NCBI GenBank assembly: GCA_965237415.1
Contig: CBDEFM010000002.1
Coordinates: 96,001 to 160,000 of the forward strand
DNA from: Alphaproteobacteria bacterium
Lineage (GTDB): Bacteria; Pseudomonadota; Alphaproteobacteria; UBA828
DNA: 64,000 nucleotides
Direction of reading: 5' to 3'
Positions 18,429 to 28,806 of the stretch are shown in pieces. The notes under the pieces are model-generated. The model was not told where the DNA came from, searched no databases, and was given only the letters and a program-made list of their open reading frames with translations. A program made the translations under genes and the position numbers. The stretch's first letter is position 1. Every line of letters begins with the position of its first letter.

Positions 18429-20207
18429 CTAGAACTCGTCCGCGCCGTGGGCCATGACGGTGCCCTTGCCGGCCATGATCTTGAGGAAGAGCCCGGCGGT
18501 GTCCGGCAGGATCTTCTGCACGTAGAAGCGCGCGGTCTTGAGCTTGGTGTCGTAGAAGGCGTCGCCGTTCTGCTTGTCGCGGGCGAGCTTCGCCATCTGG
18601 CACCACATGTAGCCCACCGCCACCAAGCCGAACATCTTGAGATAGTCGGACGCCGCCGCGCCGGCTTCCTCGGGATCGCCCAGGCCCCGCTGGGCGATGA
18701 CGAGCGTAGCGGTCTGCAGCTTGCCGAGCGCCTTGCCGACGGGGCCCACGATGTCGGCGAGCTCCGGGTCGTCCTTGTTGGCCTCGACGAAGGCGACGGC
18801 GGGGTGGAAGAAGTGCCGCAGATAGCGGCCGGCCCGCTGGGGCAGCTTGCGTCCCACCAGATCGAGAGCCTGGATGCCGTTCGCGCCCTCGTAGATCTGG
18901 CTGATCCGCGCATCGCGCACGAGCTGCTCCATGCCGTGCTCGCGGATGTAGCCGTGGCCGCCGTGGACCTGGACCGCGAGATTGGTGGCCTCGAAGCCGT
19001 AGTCGGTGAAGAAGGCCTTGATGATCGGCGTCATGAGCTGCACCAGCTCGTCGGCATCCTCGCGCACCGAGGCGTCCTCGTGGCTGCGCGAGATGTCGAG
19101 CTGCAACGCCGCCCAGTAGGCGAGCGCGCGGGCGCCCTCGTTGATGGCACGCTGGGTGAGCAGCATGCGGCGAACGTCGGGGTGCACGATGATCGGGTCG
19201 GCAGATGCCTCCGGCTCTTCGGCGCCCTTGAGCCCGCGTCCCTGGCGGCGGTCCTTCGCGTAAGCCGTCGCGCTCTGATAGGCGGTCTCGCCCAGGCCCA
19301 AGCCCTGGAGGCCGACGCCGAGGCGGGCGCCGTTCATCATCGTGAACATGCAGCGCAGCCCCTTGTGCGGCTCGCCGACCAGGTAGCCCTCAGCCTCCTC
19401 GAAGTGCATCACGCAGGTCGCCGACCCGTGGATGCCCATCTTCTCCTCGATGGAGCCGCAGGAGACGCCGTTAGCGGGCCCCGGGCTGCCATCGGCGGTG
19501 AGCGCGCGCTTCGGCACCAGAAAGAGGCTGATGCCGCGCACGCCGGGCGGTGCGTCCGGCAGCTTCGCCAGCACCAGATGGACGATGTTCTCGGTGAGGT
19601 CGTGCTCGCCGGCGGAAATGAAGATCTTGGTGCCGGAGACCGCGTAGCGGCCCTCGCCCGCCGGCACCGCCTTGGTGCGGATGAGCCCCAAGTCCGTGCC
19701 GCAATGGGGTTCGGTCAGGCACATGGTGCCGCTCCAGGTGCCGTCGGCAAGGCGGGGCAGATAGGTCTCCTTGAGCGTCTCCGTGGCATGGTTTTCGATC
19801 AGCGCCGCGGCCCCGTTCGAGAGCAGCGGGTAGACGCCGAAGGCGAGGTTGGTCGAGCAGACCATCTCGTCGAAGACCATGCTGATGAGCTGCGGCAGAC
19901 CCTTGCCACCATAGGCGGGCGACAGCGTGACCCCGGTCCAGCCGGCATCCACGAAGGTCTTGTAGGCCTCCTTGTAGCCGGCGGGTGTGCGCACCACGCC
20001 GTTCTCGTAGTGGCAGCCTTCCTCGTCCGCCGAGCGGTTGAGCGGCAGCAGCGTGTTCTCGCAGAGCTTGGCGCCTTCCTCGATCATGGCGTCGATCACG
20101 TCGGGCGTGGCGTCCTCGTAGCCGGGCAGCGTGGCGAGCTCACCCACATCGAGGAGCTCGTTGAGCACGAAGCGCATGTCGCGGAGCGGCGCGTTGTAGG
20201 TCTGCAT
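18429..20207 (-). CDS. acyl-CoA dehydrogenase (DmdC/FadE-like, ~590 aa)
   Basis: GTMCLTEPHCGTDLG, GTKIFIS, EEKMGIHGS, HGGHGY, IYEGANGIQA. Confidence 0.93.
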   Translation of the reverse strand: MQTYNAPLRDMRFVLNELLDVGELATLPGYEDATPDVIDAMIEEGAKLCENTLLPLNRSADEEGCHYENGVVRTPAGYKEAYKTFVDAGWTGVTLSPAYGGKGLPQLISMVFDEMVCSTNLAFGVYPLLSNGAAALIENHATETLKETYLPRLADGTWSGTMCLTEPHCGTDLGLIRTKAVPAGEGRYAVSGTKIFISAGEHDLTENIVHLVLAKLPDAPPGVRGISLFLVPKRALTADGSPGPANGVSCGSIEEKMGIHGSATCVMHFEEAEGYLVGEPHKGLRCMFTMMNGARLGVGLQGLGLGETAYQSATAYAKDRRQGRGLKGAEEPEASADPIIVHPDVRRMLLTQRAINEGARALAYWAALQLDISRSHEDASVREDADELVQLMTPIIKAFFTDYGFEATNLAVQVHGGHGYIREHGMEQLVRDARISQIYEGANGIQALDLVGRKLPQRAGRYLRHFFHPAVAFVEANKDDPELADIVGPVGKALGKLQTATLVIAQRGLGDPEEAGAAASDYLKMFGLVAVGYMWCQMAKLARDKQNGDAFYDTKLKTARFYVQKILPDTAGLFLKIMAGKGTVMAHGADEF

Positions 20208-20240
20208 GATCGTTACTCCCAGTTTCTCGAGGCGCCGCGC

Positions 20241-21509
20241 TCAGCTGCCGAGCGTCAGGTCGACCGTGCGCCCCATCACCGTGCGGCTCGCCGGTGTGGT
20301 CGCGGCGACCAGTTTGCCCCGCTTGAAGACATGAGTGCACGCCGGGTTGATCCGCAGCACGTCCGCCTTGCTGGAGGCGTCGAACACCGCCAGGTCCGCG
20401 CGGCAGCCGGGGGCCACGCCATAGTCCTCCAGCGCGAGTATCTCGGCGTTTTTCCAGGTGACCATGTCGAAGCAGGCGTCGATCTCCGCCGTGCCGGACA
20501 TCTGGCAGACGTGGAGCGTGAGCGACGCCGCCTGCACCATGTCGCCGCGCCCCAGCGGATACCAGGGGTCCATGATCGAATCGTGGCCGATGCCGACGGT
20601 GATACCGGCCTGCCACAGCTCCTTGACGCGGGTCATCGAGCGGCGCTTAGGGTAGGTGTCCTCCCGCGCCAGCAGGATCAGATTGTCGAAGGGGTTGGCG
20701 ATGACGTTGAGCCCGCCCTGTTGCAGCCAGCCGAAGAGGCGGAAGGCGTAAGCGTTGGCGTAGGAGTGCATGGCCGCGCAGTGGCTCGCCGTCACCCGGC
20801 CCTGCATGCCGCGGTAGTAGGTCTCATGCGCCATCACCTCGGTGAAGCGCGAGTTTGGGTCGTCGACCTCGTCGCAGTGGGCGTCGATCAGGAGGCCGCG
20901 CTTCTCCGCCTCGTCGAAGATCAGCTTGAGGCTGGCGACGCCCGCCTCCCGCGTCGCCTCGTTGTGCGGGATGCCGCCGATCACGTCGGGCCCCATGTCG
21001 AGGGCACGGAGGAAGAGCTCCGGGCCGCCGGGGTGGGAGTGGATGCCGTCCTGGGGAAAGGCGACGATCTGCAGGTCGACCCGGTCGCTCACCTCGTCCT
21101 TGACCTCCAGCAGGGCCTGCATCGAGAGCTGTTCCTCGTCCGAGGTATCGGCATGGGTGCGGATGAAGCCCGCGCCCTGGGCGACCTCCCAATCGATGGC
21201 CTGCTTGGCCCGGGCCTTCACCGATTCGAGAGCGCGGATCTTCTTCTGCCGGCCCCAGACCGCGATGCCCTCGTGCAGCGTGCCGCTGACGTTGGGCTCC
21301 AGGTTCGCAGTGAGCGCCGCGTCGAGATGGACGTGCGGGTCGATCAGCGGGCCCGAGACGAGCCGGCCCGCGCAATCGATCGTCTCACCGGCCTCGGCCG
21401 TGATCCCCGGCTCGACGGCCACGATGCGCTCGCCCTCGATGGCGATGTCGGCCGCGCGCACGGGCTGATCCTCGTGCGCCACCAGCGCATTCTTCAAAAT
21501 GATGTCCAT
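20241..21509 (-). CDS. codA: cytosine deaminase / amidohydrolase
   Basis: DPHVHLD, VAFPQDG, GGIPHNE, HCDE.DD, ASH, GHDSIMDPWYPLG. Confidence 0.85.
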   Translation of the reverse strand: MDIILKNALVAHEDQPVRAADIAIEGERIVAVEPGITAEAGETIDCAGRLVSGPLIDPHVHLDAALTANLEPNVSGTLHEGIAVWGRQKKIRALESVKARAKQAIDWEVAQGAGFIRTHADTSDEEQLSMQALLEVKDEVSDRVDLQIVAFPQDGIHSHPGGPELFLRALDMGPDVIGGIPHNEATREAGVASLKLIFDEAEKRGLLIDAHCDEVDDPNSRFTEVMAHETYYRGMQGRVTASHCAAMHSYANAYAFRLFGWLQQGGLNVIANPFDNLILLAREDTYPKRRSMTRVKELWQAGITVGIGHDSIMDPWYPLGRGDMVQAASLTLHVCQMSGTAEIDACFDMVTWKNAEILALEDYGVAPGCRADLAVFDASSKADVLRINPACTHVFKRGKLVAATTPASRTVMGRTVDLTLGS

Positions 21510-21665
21510 ACCCGCCTGTCTCCCCCTGCGGACGCGAGGCCCGCGTCATCTCGCATTCGCCCGCATTTTCGCCGAATGCGCGCGCAACCGCCAGCCGGGC
21601 GCGCGTCGCGAAGTTATCCGCTATTCTGGATGGCCACACACTCTAAGTGACGGGGAAGCGGGCGG

Positions 21666-21890
21666 ATGCAACTTGCCAAGATCGGGGCACGCGGCCGGAC
21701 GACGATCCCCAAGACCATTCGAGAGGCGGCGGACTTGCGCGAAGGCGACGCGATCGCCTTCGAGATCGAGGGCGGCCGCCTGCTGGTGCACAAGGTGCTT
21801 CCGGGGCGGCACGAGTACCTGCATGGACTCTGCGCGGCGATGGGCGAATGGCTCTCCCCCGAGGACGATGAAGCGTGGCACGACCTTTGA
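21666..21890 (+). CDS. AbrB/MazE-type antitoxin
   Basis: KIGARGRTTIPK.IR..L.EGD.I.F and C-terminal EWLSPEDDEAW.DL. Confidence 0.8.
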   Translation: MQLAKIGARGRTTIPKTIREAADLREGDAIAFEIEGGRLLVHKVLPGRHEYLHGLCAAMGEWLSPEDDEAWHDL

Positions 21891-21998
21891 GCAGCTCGAT
21901 GTCGTGGTCGGCCCTTGCCCTTTCACCGACCGACAGGCAGCTAAGTGCAGGCCGACTCTGATCGTCTCATCCGCGCATTTCCACGAGGCTCATGGCCC
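21880..21998 (+). pseudogene. PemK/MazF toxin, truncated
   Basis: TFEQLDVVVGPCPFTDRQAAKCRPTLIVSS; expected overlapping start reads ACG; similarity stops at the low-GC island. Confidence 0.7.
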
Positions 21999-22023
21999 AA
22001 ACTGTCACACCGATTACGCAGCC

Positions 22024-22692
22024 TTAGGACTGTTTTCTCAGAACAATATCGCCCAAAACTCCATGCTCTGCCATATAAGCGATAGCTACGTTTGAGAATT
22101 TAATCTCCGCCTTATGGCGACGATGTAGTTCGAAGGTAGATGTGCCGAGCACTGGTGCTCTGTTGACGAATACTCCGCCAATGGAGAACTTGATAGTGTT
22201 TCTAAAATCGTTGTTCAGTACAATGATGATAGCAGAGTCAGAAAGGCTGACACTTCGATGGAATTTGTCTTCCATTCTTTCCGTCAGAGTTCTGTATTTA
22301 TTCACATTCATGGACATAGTCGCGCGTATATCGTCGTCTTGGGGAGCTACTAAAACTCCAAACAGAGAATTAGCATTTTCCCACGCCTCAGGAGATGCAA
22401 CTATAGGTATTTGAGTATCTGCTAGCAAGTACGATTCCATTCCGTCTTTTTTACATCCCTTAGGCGAGAAGTCACCAACAATGCCTGTCATGATTTCCGC
22501 AATATCGGAAGTATATTCATCGCATTTGTCGGTACTGGGAACTTGAAAGGCCATCGTCGCAGGGGTGCTGAGTCCCTCAGTTCCTGCCACTGCATCCCAG
22601 AGATCGGTTGAGTATACATCTGTCGTTAGGTTCATCTTGCAGGCAGTTACAAGACCAACTAATACAAGTGCAGCAAGAGCAGCGCGTTTCAT
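22024..22692 (-). CDS. hypothetical lipoprotein (low GC)
   Basis: Lipobox LVTAC after a hydrophobic signal; AT-rich codons. Confidence 0.7.
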   Translation of the reverse strand: MKRAALAALVLVGLVTACKMNLTTDVYSTDLWDAVAGTEGLSTPATMAFQVPSTDKCDEYTSDIAEIMTGIVGDFSPKGCKKDGMESYLLADTQIPIVASPEAWENANSLFGVLVAPQDDDIRATMSMNVNKYRTLTERMEDKFHRSVSLSDSAIIIVLNNDFRNTIKFSIGGVFVNRAPVLGTSTFELHRRHKAEIKFSNVAIAYMAEHGVLGDIVLRKQS

Positions 22693-22746
22693 TGGATTAC
22701 ATTCCCTCTATTATTTCAGGCTTCGGTTGCCGCTGGACCGCTTCAA

Positions 22747-22953
22747 TCACTCAAGAAAACTCTTCTGCTTGACGTCGTCCTCACGCTTCGCCAGCGTGTT
22801 TAGTTTGCCGGCTACGACCGCAAAGCCAAATGAGCTCGTTCCGATGAGTAAGAATACCGATGCTACGAGTTCCTGAAGGATGGCCCCGGCCACAAGGCCG
22901 ATGACGCCGACTAGTATTGCGGCAGCAGAACCCGCATAGAGAATCCATTTCAT
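22747..22953 (-). CDS. small two-TM membrane protein (low GC)
   Basis: 68 aa, two hydrophobic stretches, AGGA upstream. Confidence 0.55.
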   Translation of the reverse strand: MKWILYAGSAAAILVGVIGLVAGAILQELVASVFLLIGTSSFGFAVVAGKLNTLAKREDDVKQKSFLE

Positions 22954-22968
22954 GCCTATTTCCTGGAT

Positions 22969-23328
22969 CTACTTCCGGACAATGTACTCGATTACTAGGT
23001 TCTCAGGTCGGACGTGGATGGACTTGATCTTCGCCGTAAAGATGAAGTCTCTAATGCGCGCACTATCGGAGCCGATGAACTGTCGTGTGTTTGCCGGTCC
23101 TGTATAAGCAAAGATCGACACCTTTCCGCGTTCGCAGGTAGTCCGCCCTTCGACATATAGCTTAACTTGATCAGCTTCGTGCCAGTACCGCCAGTCCTCG
23201 ATCTTGCATAAATCGGTAGTGTCGCCTTGGCCAAGCGCGGGGTCACCGCCCATCAGTACAAGCGCTATTCCTATGGCGATTACTCGTACGCTCGGAGATT
23301 GCACAAACCAGTACACAAATCGTTGCAT
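22969..23328 (-). CDS. hypothetical secreted protein (low GC)
   Basis: Signal-like N-terminus, two Cys, AAGGGGA upstream. Confidence 0.55.
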   Translation of the reverse strand: MQRFVYWFVQSPSVRVIAIGIALVLMGGDPALGQGDTTDLCKIEDWRYWHEADQVKLYVEGRTTCERGKVSIFAYTGPANTRQFIGSDSARIRDFIFTAKIKSIHVRPENLVIEYIVRK

Positions 23329-23379
23329 CGTTTCGCTTTCATCCCCTTGCTAGATGGAGACCGTCGAGGGTCTTGATCG

Positions 23380-23520
23380 CTACGACGATGGCAGAGCAGC
23401 CTCCCCTCCATGTGCAGGCTCTCGTCGTTCATGATCGCATGGGAGGCGTGGCTGTGTCTCAAGTCGTGGAGTCGCGCATCCGCCACGATGCCTGCGTCGT
23501 CGCGCAGGCCGCACGAGAAC
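23380..23520 (-). pseudogene. tyrosine recombinase C-terminal remnant
   Basis: LRDDAGIVADARLHDLRHSHASHA...GRLLCH (HxxR box and degenerate LLGH). Confidence 0.75.
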
Positions 23521-23539
23521 CAGAACAGCGCTCCTGCGC

Positions 23540-24337
23540 TCAGCCGTCCGTTTGGGCCAGCGCCTCTTGCAGCGTCCGGTGGAGGTGGCCGTTGGTGACC
23601 AGCACGTCGCCGCTCGACATGAAGTCCGCCCCGCCTGTGACGCCGGTCACGATGCCGCCGGATTCGCGCACGATTGCGACGCCGGCCGCGAGGTCCCACG
23701 GCGCGAGCGCGTAGCCCCAGAAGCCGTCGAGGCGCCCGGCGGCGACATAGGCGAGGTCGAGCGCGGCCGAGCCCGTGCGGCGCACCCCCGAGGTCTCGCC
23801 CGAGAGCCGGTGAACGATGGCGCCGTGGTTGGGGCAGCGCGGCCGTGCAATGAAGGGGAATGCAGTCGCGAGCAGCGCGGTCGGCAGCGTGCGCCGGGCC
23901 GAGACCCGCAGCCGCTGGTTGTTCAGGAAGGCGCTAGTGCCGTTCTCCGCCCAGAAGAGCTCGTCGCGGATCGGGTCGTAGATCACGCCGGCATGCGGCT
24001 TGCCGTCGCGTTCGAGCCCGATGGAGATGCAGAAATGGGGCAGCCCGTGCAGGAAGTTGGTGGTGCCGTCCAGCGGATCGACGACCCAGCGGTTGGAGGT
24101 GTCCTCGCCCTCGATCGCGCCGCCCTCCTCGAGCAGGAAGCCGAACTTCGGGCGCGCGCGGCGGAGCTCCGCGACGATGGTCTCCTCCGCCCGATGGTCT
24201 GCGGCCGAGACGAAGTCGGCCGGCCCCTTGCGCGAGACCTGCAGGTTCTCGACCTCGCCGAAATCGCGGATCAGGTCGCGCGCCGCCTTGTAGGCGGCGT
24301 TCACCATGACCGTTACGAGCGGCGAGCGGCGGGACAT
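23540..24337 (-). CDS. suhB: inositol monophosphatase
   Basis: DFVSAAD, WVVDPLDGTTNF, GSAALDLAYVAAG, PWDLAAG. Confidence 0.95.
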   Translation of the reverse strand: MSRRSPLVTVMVNAAYKAARDLIRDFGEVENLQVSRKGPADFVSAADHRAEETIVAELRRARPKFGFLLEEGGAIEGEDTSNRWVVDPLDGTTNFLHGLPHFCISIGLERDGKPHAGVIYDPIRDELFWAENGTSAFLNNQRLRVSARRTLPTALLATAFPFIARPRCPNHGAIVHRLSGETSGVRRTGSAALDLAYVAAGRLDGFWGYALAPWDLAAGVAIVRESGGIVTGVTGGADFMSSGDVLVTNGHLHRTLQEALAQTDG

Positions 24338-24403
24338 CGGCGTGTGGCAGTCGTTGTGCGACAGGGGGCGGGAGGGCGGTTGCCCCACCCGCGAGCGGGT
24401 CCC

Positions 24404-24970
24404 TCAGTCGCGGGCACGCTCGACATAGGTCGAATCGGCGGTGCTGATCACCACCCGCTCGCCCTCGGAGATATGCGGCGGCACCATCAGGCGCACGCCA
24501 TTGTCGAGTAGCGCCGGCTTGTAGGAGGCCGCGGCCGTCTGGCCCCTCACCACCGGCTCGGTCTCGGTCACGGTCTGCACAGCCGTATCGGGCAGGCTCA
24601 CGCCGAGGGGCTCACCCTCGTGCGATTCGATGGTGACGATCATTCCTTCATGGAGGAAGACGATTCCCTCGCCGATCAGATCGCGCGAGAGGCTGGTCTG
24701 CTCGTAGGTGTCCTGATCCATGAAGTGGAGCAGCCCGCCGTCTTCGTAGAGGTACTGGAACTGCTTCTGGTCGAGGCGGGCGCGCTCGACGTTCTCGGAC
24801 GCCCTGAAGCGCTCGTTCAGCTTGGTCCCGTTGCGCAGATCCTTGAGCTCGACCTGGAGGTAGGCGCCGCCCTTGCCGGGCTGGGTGTGCTGAATTTTCA
24901 CCGCCACCCAGAGGCGATCCTGATGCTCGATCACCATGCCGGGGCGGATGGCGTTGCCGTTGATCTTCAT
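24404..24970 (-). CDS. efp: translation elongation factor P
   Basis: [28 protein letters not shown]. Confidence 0.97.
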   Translation of the reverse strand: MKINGNAIRPGMVIEHQDRLWVAVKIQHTQPGKGGAYLQVELKDLRNGTKLNERFRASENVERARLDQKQFQYLYEDGGLLHFMDQDTYEQTSLSRDLIGEGIVFLHEGMIVTIESHEGEPLGVSLPDTAVQTVTETEPVVRGQTAAASYKPALLDNGVRLMVPPHISEGERVVISTADSTYVERARD

Positions 24971-25004
24971 GGGTTCTGCTACCGGAAAGAGGCTGCAGGC
25001 TATA

Positions 25005-25643
25005 TCAACTCGCCTCCGCGCTGGCAATGGCACGGTTGATCGCCTTGACGCCCGCCTCCGGCCCCTCCGGGTGCGCCCACACGCCGCCGACCACGGCGAG
25101 AAAATCCGCGCCGGCTTCCACCAGTGGTGCGCAGTTCTCGGCCGTGATGCCGCCGATGGCGACGCAGGGCACCACCATCAGGGTATGCCACCACTTGAGC
25201 AGGTGGACGTCCGCCTTTGCGCGCGGCGTCTTGGTTTCGGTGGGGAAGAAGGCGCCGAAGGCCACATAGTCTGCGCCCGATGCCGCCGCCTCCACGGCCC
25301 GGTGGCGTGAATCGTAGCAGCTCACGCCCACCGTCCCGTTCGCGCCAACCCGTTCGCGCGCCTGCGCGTAATCCGCGTCGTCGGCTCCCACGTGGACGCC
25401 ATCGGCGCCCAACTCCGCCGCGAGGTCGGGCCGGTCGTTGATGAGCAGCGGCACATCGCGCGCCTGGCAGATCGGCAGCAGCCACTCGCCTGCGCGGCGC
25501 ACGTCATCGTCGTCCGCGCCCTTCAGCCGGAGCTGAAGGCAGGCGACATCGCCTGCGTCGAGCGCGGCCTCCAACTTGGGCGCGAACCGGTCCAGCGCGA
25601 ACTCCGGCGGTGTGATCAGGTACAGCCGGCACGGGTCTCTCAT
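25005..25643 (-). CDS. thiE: thiamine-phosphate synthase
   Basis: [35 protein letters not shown]. Confidence 0.93.
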   Translation of the reverse strand: MRDPCRLYLITPPEFALDRFAPKLEAALDAGDVACLQLRLKGADDDDVRRAGEWLLPICQARDVPLLINDRPDLAAELGADGVHVGADDADYAQARERVGANGTVGVSCYDSRHRAVEAAASGADYVAFGAFFPTETKTPRAKADVHLLKWWHTLMVVPCVAIGGITAENCAPLVEAGADFLAVVGGVWAHPEGPEAGVKAINRAIASAEAS

Positions 25644-25708
25644 AAGGTATGGTCCTCTAGCCACACGGCGGTCTGGCGCGCTGCCGACATACGCGCAATC
25701 GGGTGCAT

Positions 25709-26920
25709 TCAGATGACGCCCTTCTCGCGCAGGGCGTCGCGCTCGTCCGCCGAGAGGTCGAGCAGGGTGCCATACACCTCGTCGTTGTGGGCGCCGAGCC
25801 TGGGGCCGAGGCTTTCGATCCGCCCCGGCGTCTCGGAGAGGGCGGGGAGCACGTTCGGCACGTGGACGTGCTCGCCAGTCTCGGGTTCGATCACATCCTT
25901 CAGGGTGCCGCGCGCCTGATACTGCGGGTCCTCGAAAATGTCGGCGATGGAGTAGACGGGTGCCGTCGGCACGCCGCCCGCATTGCAGGTCTCCACCACC
26001 CGGTCGCGCGGCAGCGAAAGCGTGAAGGCCGTGACCATGGCCTCGACATCGTCGCGGTTCTCCACACGCCGGGCGCTGGTGGCGTAGTGCTCATCCTCGC
26101 CCAGCTCTTCGCGGCCGAGCACCGCGGCCATGCGGCGCCACATCTTGTCGCTGGTGCACGCAATCGCGACCCAGCCGCCGTCGCCGCACTCAAAATGGCC
26201 GTGAGGGCAGACGTTACTGGTCATCAGCCCGAGCCGCGGGCGGACGAACCCGGTGGCGGCATAGAGCGGCGCCATCTCGTCCAGCACGCGGAAGATCGAT
26301 TCGTAGAGCGCGATGTCGATCACCTGCCCGCCCGTGTCCTCGCGGCTGCGGAGCGCGAGCAGCGCGCCGACGGCGCCATAGAGGCCGGAGATGTAGTCGG
26401 CAAGCGAGGTGGAGCCTGGCGTCAGCGGCGGCCCGCCGGGGACGCCGGTGAGATGAGTGAGGCCGCCGAAGGCGTGCGCAATGCGGGCGAAGCCGGGGCG
26501 GTCCTTGTAGGGGCCGGTCTGGCCGTAGCCGGAGATGCGCACCAGCACCAGGCCGGGGTTCACGCGCTTCAGCTCATCCGGCCCCAGGCCCCACTTCTCC
26601 ATGGTGCCGGGCCGAAAGTTCTCGCAGAGGATGTCGGCTTCGGCGACGAGGCGCTTGAAGAGCGCCGCGCCCTCGGGCTGGCGGAGGTCGAGGGTGACGG
26701 ACTTCTTGTTGCGCTGCTCCGAGAGCCAAGTATAGCCGTCGCCGCGCTTGCTGGGCGTCCCGAATTTGCGCAGGGGATCGCCCGTCCGCGGCTGCTCGAC
26801 CTTGATGACCTCGGCGCCGAACTCGCTGAGGATGGCGGCCGTGAACGGCCCGGCAATGAAGGTCGCAAGGTCGATGACGCGGACGCCGTGGAGCGGCAGC
26901 TTCTCAGGCTTCTCGGGCAT
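25709..26920 (-). CDS. CoA-transferase family III (CaiB/BaiF)
   Basis: [39 protein letters not shown]. Confidence 0.93.
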   Translation of the reverse strand: MPEKPEKLPLHGVRVIDLATFIAGPFTAAILSEFGAEVIKVEQPRTGDPLRKFGTPSKRGDGYTWLSEQRNKKSVTLDLRQPEGAALFKRLVAEADILCENFRPGTMEKWGLGPDELKRVNPGLVLVRISGYGQTGPYKDRPGFARIAHAFGGLTHLTGVPGGPPLTPGSTSLADYISGLYGAVGALLALRSREDTGGQVIDIALYESIFRVLDEMAPLYAATGFVRPRLGLMTSNVCPHGHFECGDGGWVAIACTSDKMWRRMAAVLGREELGEDEHYATSARRVENRDDVEAMVTAFTLSLPRDRVVETCNAGGVPTAPVYSIADIFEDPQYQARGTLKDVIEPETGEHVHVPNVLPALSETPGRIESLGPRLGAHNDEVYGTLLDLSADERDALREKGVI

Positions 26921-26997
26921 AGCGGCTGAAAGCGGCGTTCAGGCCGGCATGTCAATCGCCGCCGCCGCGGCCGCCGCGCGATACGCCGGGCGGGATA

Positions 26998-27723
26998 TCA
27001 GAACTGCTCCTTGTGGGTGCGCAGATCGAGCTCCTGGGTCCAGGCGTTGCGCGGCTGGCGGTAGAGGAAGCGATAGGACTCCGCGAGCCCGTCGAGGCCG
27101 ATCAGCCCGCCCTCGCCCATCCGTTCGGCGAACTGCGGCGCGCGGGTCTTGAGCCTCTCGCCGTCGATGCCGCCGTCGACCACGACATGGGCCACGTGAA
27201 TGCCCTCGGGGCCGAATTCGCGCGCGAGGCTTTGGCCCAGCGCGCGGAGCCCGGCCTTGGCGGAGGTGAAGGCGGCGAAGTTGGGCTTGCCGCGCATCGA
27301 GGCGCTCGCGCCGGTGAGCAGCAGCGTACCCTCGCCCCGCGGCACCATGCGGCGCAGCGCCTCGCGGCTGAACAGGAAGCCGCCGAAGCAGCCGATCCGC
27401 CAGCAGGTCTCGAAATACGCGGCCTCCATTTCGAGCGGGCTGCCCGGCATGTTGTTGCCGGCGTTGAAGATGGCGAGGTCGATCGGCCCATGGCTCTCCG
27501 CCGCTTCGACGAAGGCGGCGACCGAGGCTTCGTCGGTGGTGTCGGCGACGACGGCCGTGGCGTTTCCTCCTGCCGCGCGGATCGCATCGGCAACCGCCTC
27601 GACCTTGGCCTCGGTGCGGCCGCCGACGAAGACGTGGAGGCCTTCGCTCGCCGCCATGCGGCACACCGCCGCCCCAAGCCCTTCGCCTGCGCCCACGCCG
27701 ATTACGATCGCCGTCTTGCTCAT
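26998..27723 (-). CDS. atypical short-chain dehydrogenase/reductase
   Basis: VIGVGAGEGLG, NAG, FxxAK in place of YxxxK, HVAHVVVDG. Confidence 0.88.
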   Translation of the reverse strand: MSKTAIVIGVGAGEGLGAAVCRMAASEGLHVFVGGRTEAKVEAVADAIRAAGGNATAVVADTTDEASVAAFVEAAESHGPIDLAIFNAGNNMPGSPLEMEAAYFETCWRIGCFGGFLFSREALRRMVPRGEGTLLLTGASASMRGKPNFAAFTSAKAGLRALGQSLAREFGPEGIHVAHVVVDGGIDGERLKTRAPQFAERMGEGGLIGLDGLAESYRFLYRQPRNAWTQELDLRTHKEQF

Positions 27724-27893
27724 TTTGTCCCCCGTGTGGTCTCAAACCCGGCGCCCCGCCGCGCGGCGGGAGAGTACAGCTTTCTGCCGGCGGGGCGGAA
27801 CAGGATTCGCAAGTCTGGTGCCCGCAGATGCGAGTGAGAGGGCGGGCTTCGGATCACTGGGCCGACGCCGCCAAGTCGTTGGCCCCCTGAGTG

Positions 27894-28295
27894 TTAGCGA
27901 ATCAGGGTAACGCCCTCGGCCGCCGCGGCGTTCGCCAACTCCCGGTCCAAAGTCGCCAAACTGTCGCCGCGGCGAAGCGCAGTCTCCAGATATGCGGCAT
28001 CATAGGCACTCAGCCCATGTTTACGGGCGAGAGCCATGATCGTGTCCTCGTCATGAGCATCGTCCCGTAGCAGGCGTAAATCCCGCAAGCGCGTCATGAA
28101 TCGTGCACTGTCCGCTTGATCGATGCGACCGCGGCGCTCGTTCACGACCAGCACGTTGCGTATTTCGTATCGAAAAATGCCTGGAACCACGCCGCCAAGC
28201 CGCGGCAACTCGTCGAGTGCCCGCTCGGCGGCATCGGCCTGCTCATCGGGGAAGCACCAGGCAGCGGCGATTGACACATCCACGACGATGGCCAT
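27894..28295 (-). CDS. vapC: VapC PIN-domain toxin
   Basis: VVDVS..W...DE, E.RN, LSAYDAAYL..A, LATLD. Confidence 0.9.
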   Translation of the reverse strand: MAIVVDVSIAAAWCFPDEQADAAERALDELPRLGGVVPGIFRYEIRNVLVVNERRGRIDQADSARFMTRLRDLRLLRDDAHDEDTIMALARKHGLSAYDAAYLETALRRGDSLATLDRELANAAAAEGVTLIR

Positions 28296-28528
28296 CAGGC
28301 ACGGCCCTGCTCCTTGGCAGCCCGAATGTCCGCGGCGGGGACCCCCGACCGTTTGGCCCGTTCTTGCCGCATAAGCGCGATGGTCTCGCCGACGGGCCGT
28401 TCCAAGGGCACGATGCGGGCCGCAGGCACGCCGTCGCGCGCGATGATCACGTCTTCGCCGGCCTCTGCACGCGCGATTAGTTGGGACAACCGCGCCTTGG
28501 CCTCTCCGACATTGACTGTCTGCGCCAT
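28295..28528 (-). CDS. Phd/YefM antitoxin
   Basis: VGEAKARLSQLI...GEDVII.RDG.P.ARI; TGATG overlap with vapC. Confidence 0.9.
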   Translation of the reverse strand: MAQTVNVGEAKARLSQLIARAEAGEDVIIARDGVPAARIVPLERPVGETIALMRQERAKRSGVPAADIRAAKEQGRA

Positions 28529-28806
28529 GGTATTCCCTGCACGCTGGTTCCATCGACTAAGAACATCAACGCATAGCGGCAGCCTCATGCTTGGTCAAGG
28601 CTCGGACCAAGCAATTTCGTACAGGTTCGTACAGGAGCGTGAACCAAGCCGACTCTAGGCCGGTCCGCGTACATTGGATAGCGGACTGCGGGGCAGCACC
28701 CGGCCTTGTCCCGTTCGCCGGGCGTCGCCATGATGGCGCGCGCCGGGGCCGCCGGCCGGCGGGGGAGCCACCTTCGCTGCCGTCTTGAAGCACGGAAAAG
28801 GGAGCC

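Noticed and set aside
18447-21650. 1067-aa plus-strand ORF and other long antisense ORFs (e.g. 37136-40120, 12521-14023)
   Set aside because: Shadow frames of real genes on the opposite strand in high-GC DNA; no recognisable motifs
22000-23520. Possible integron cassette array beside a tyrosine recombinase
   Set aside because: Intergenic gaps of 15 and 54 bp are too short, no RYYYAAC/GTTRRRY attC structure was seen, and the recombinase fragment is phage-integrase-like rather than IntI
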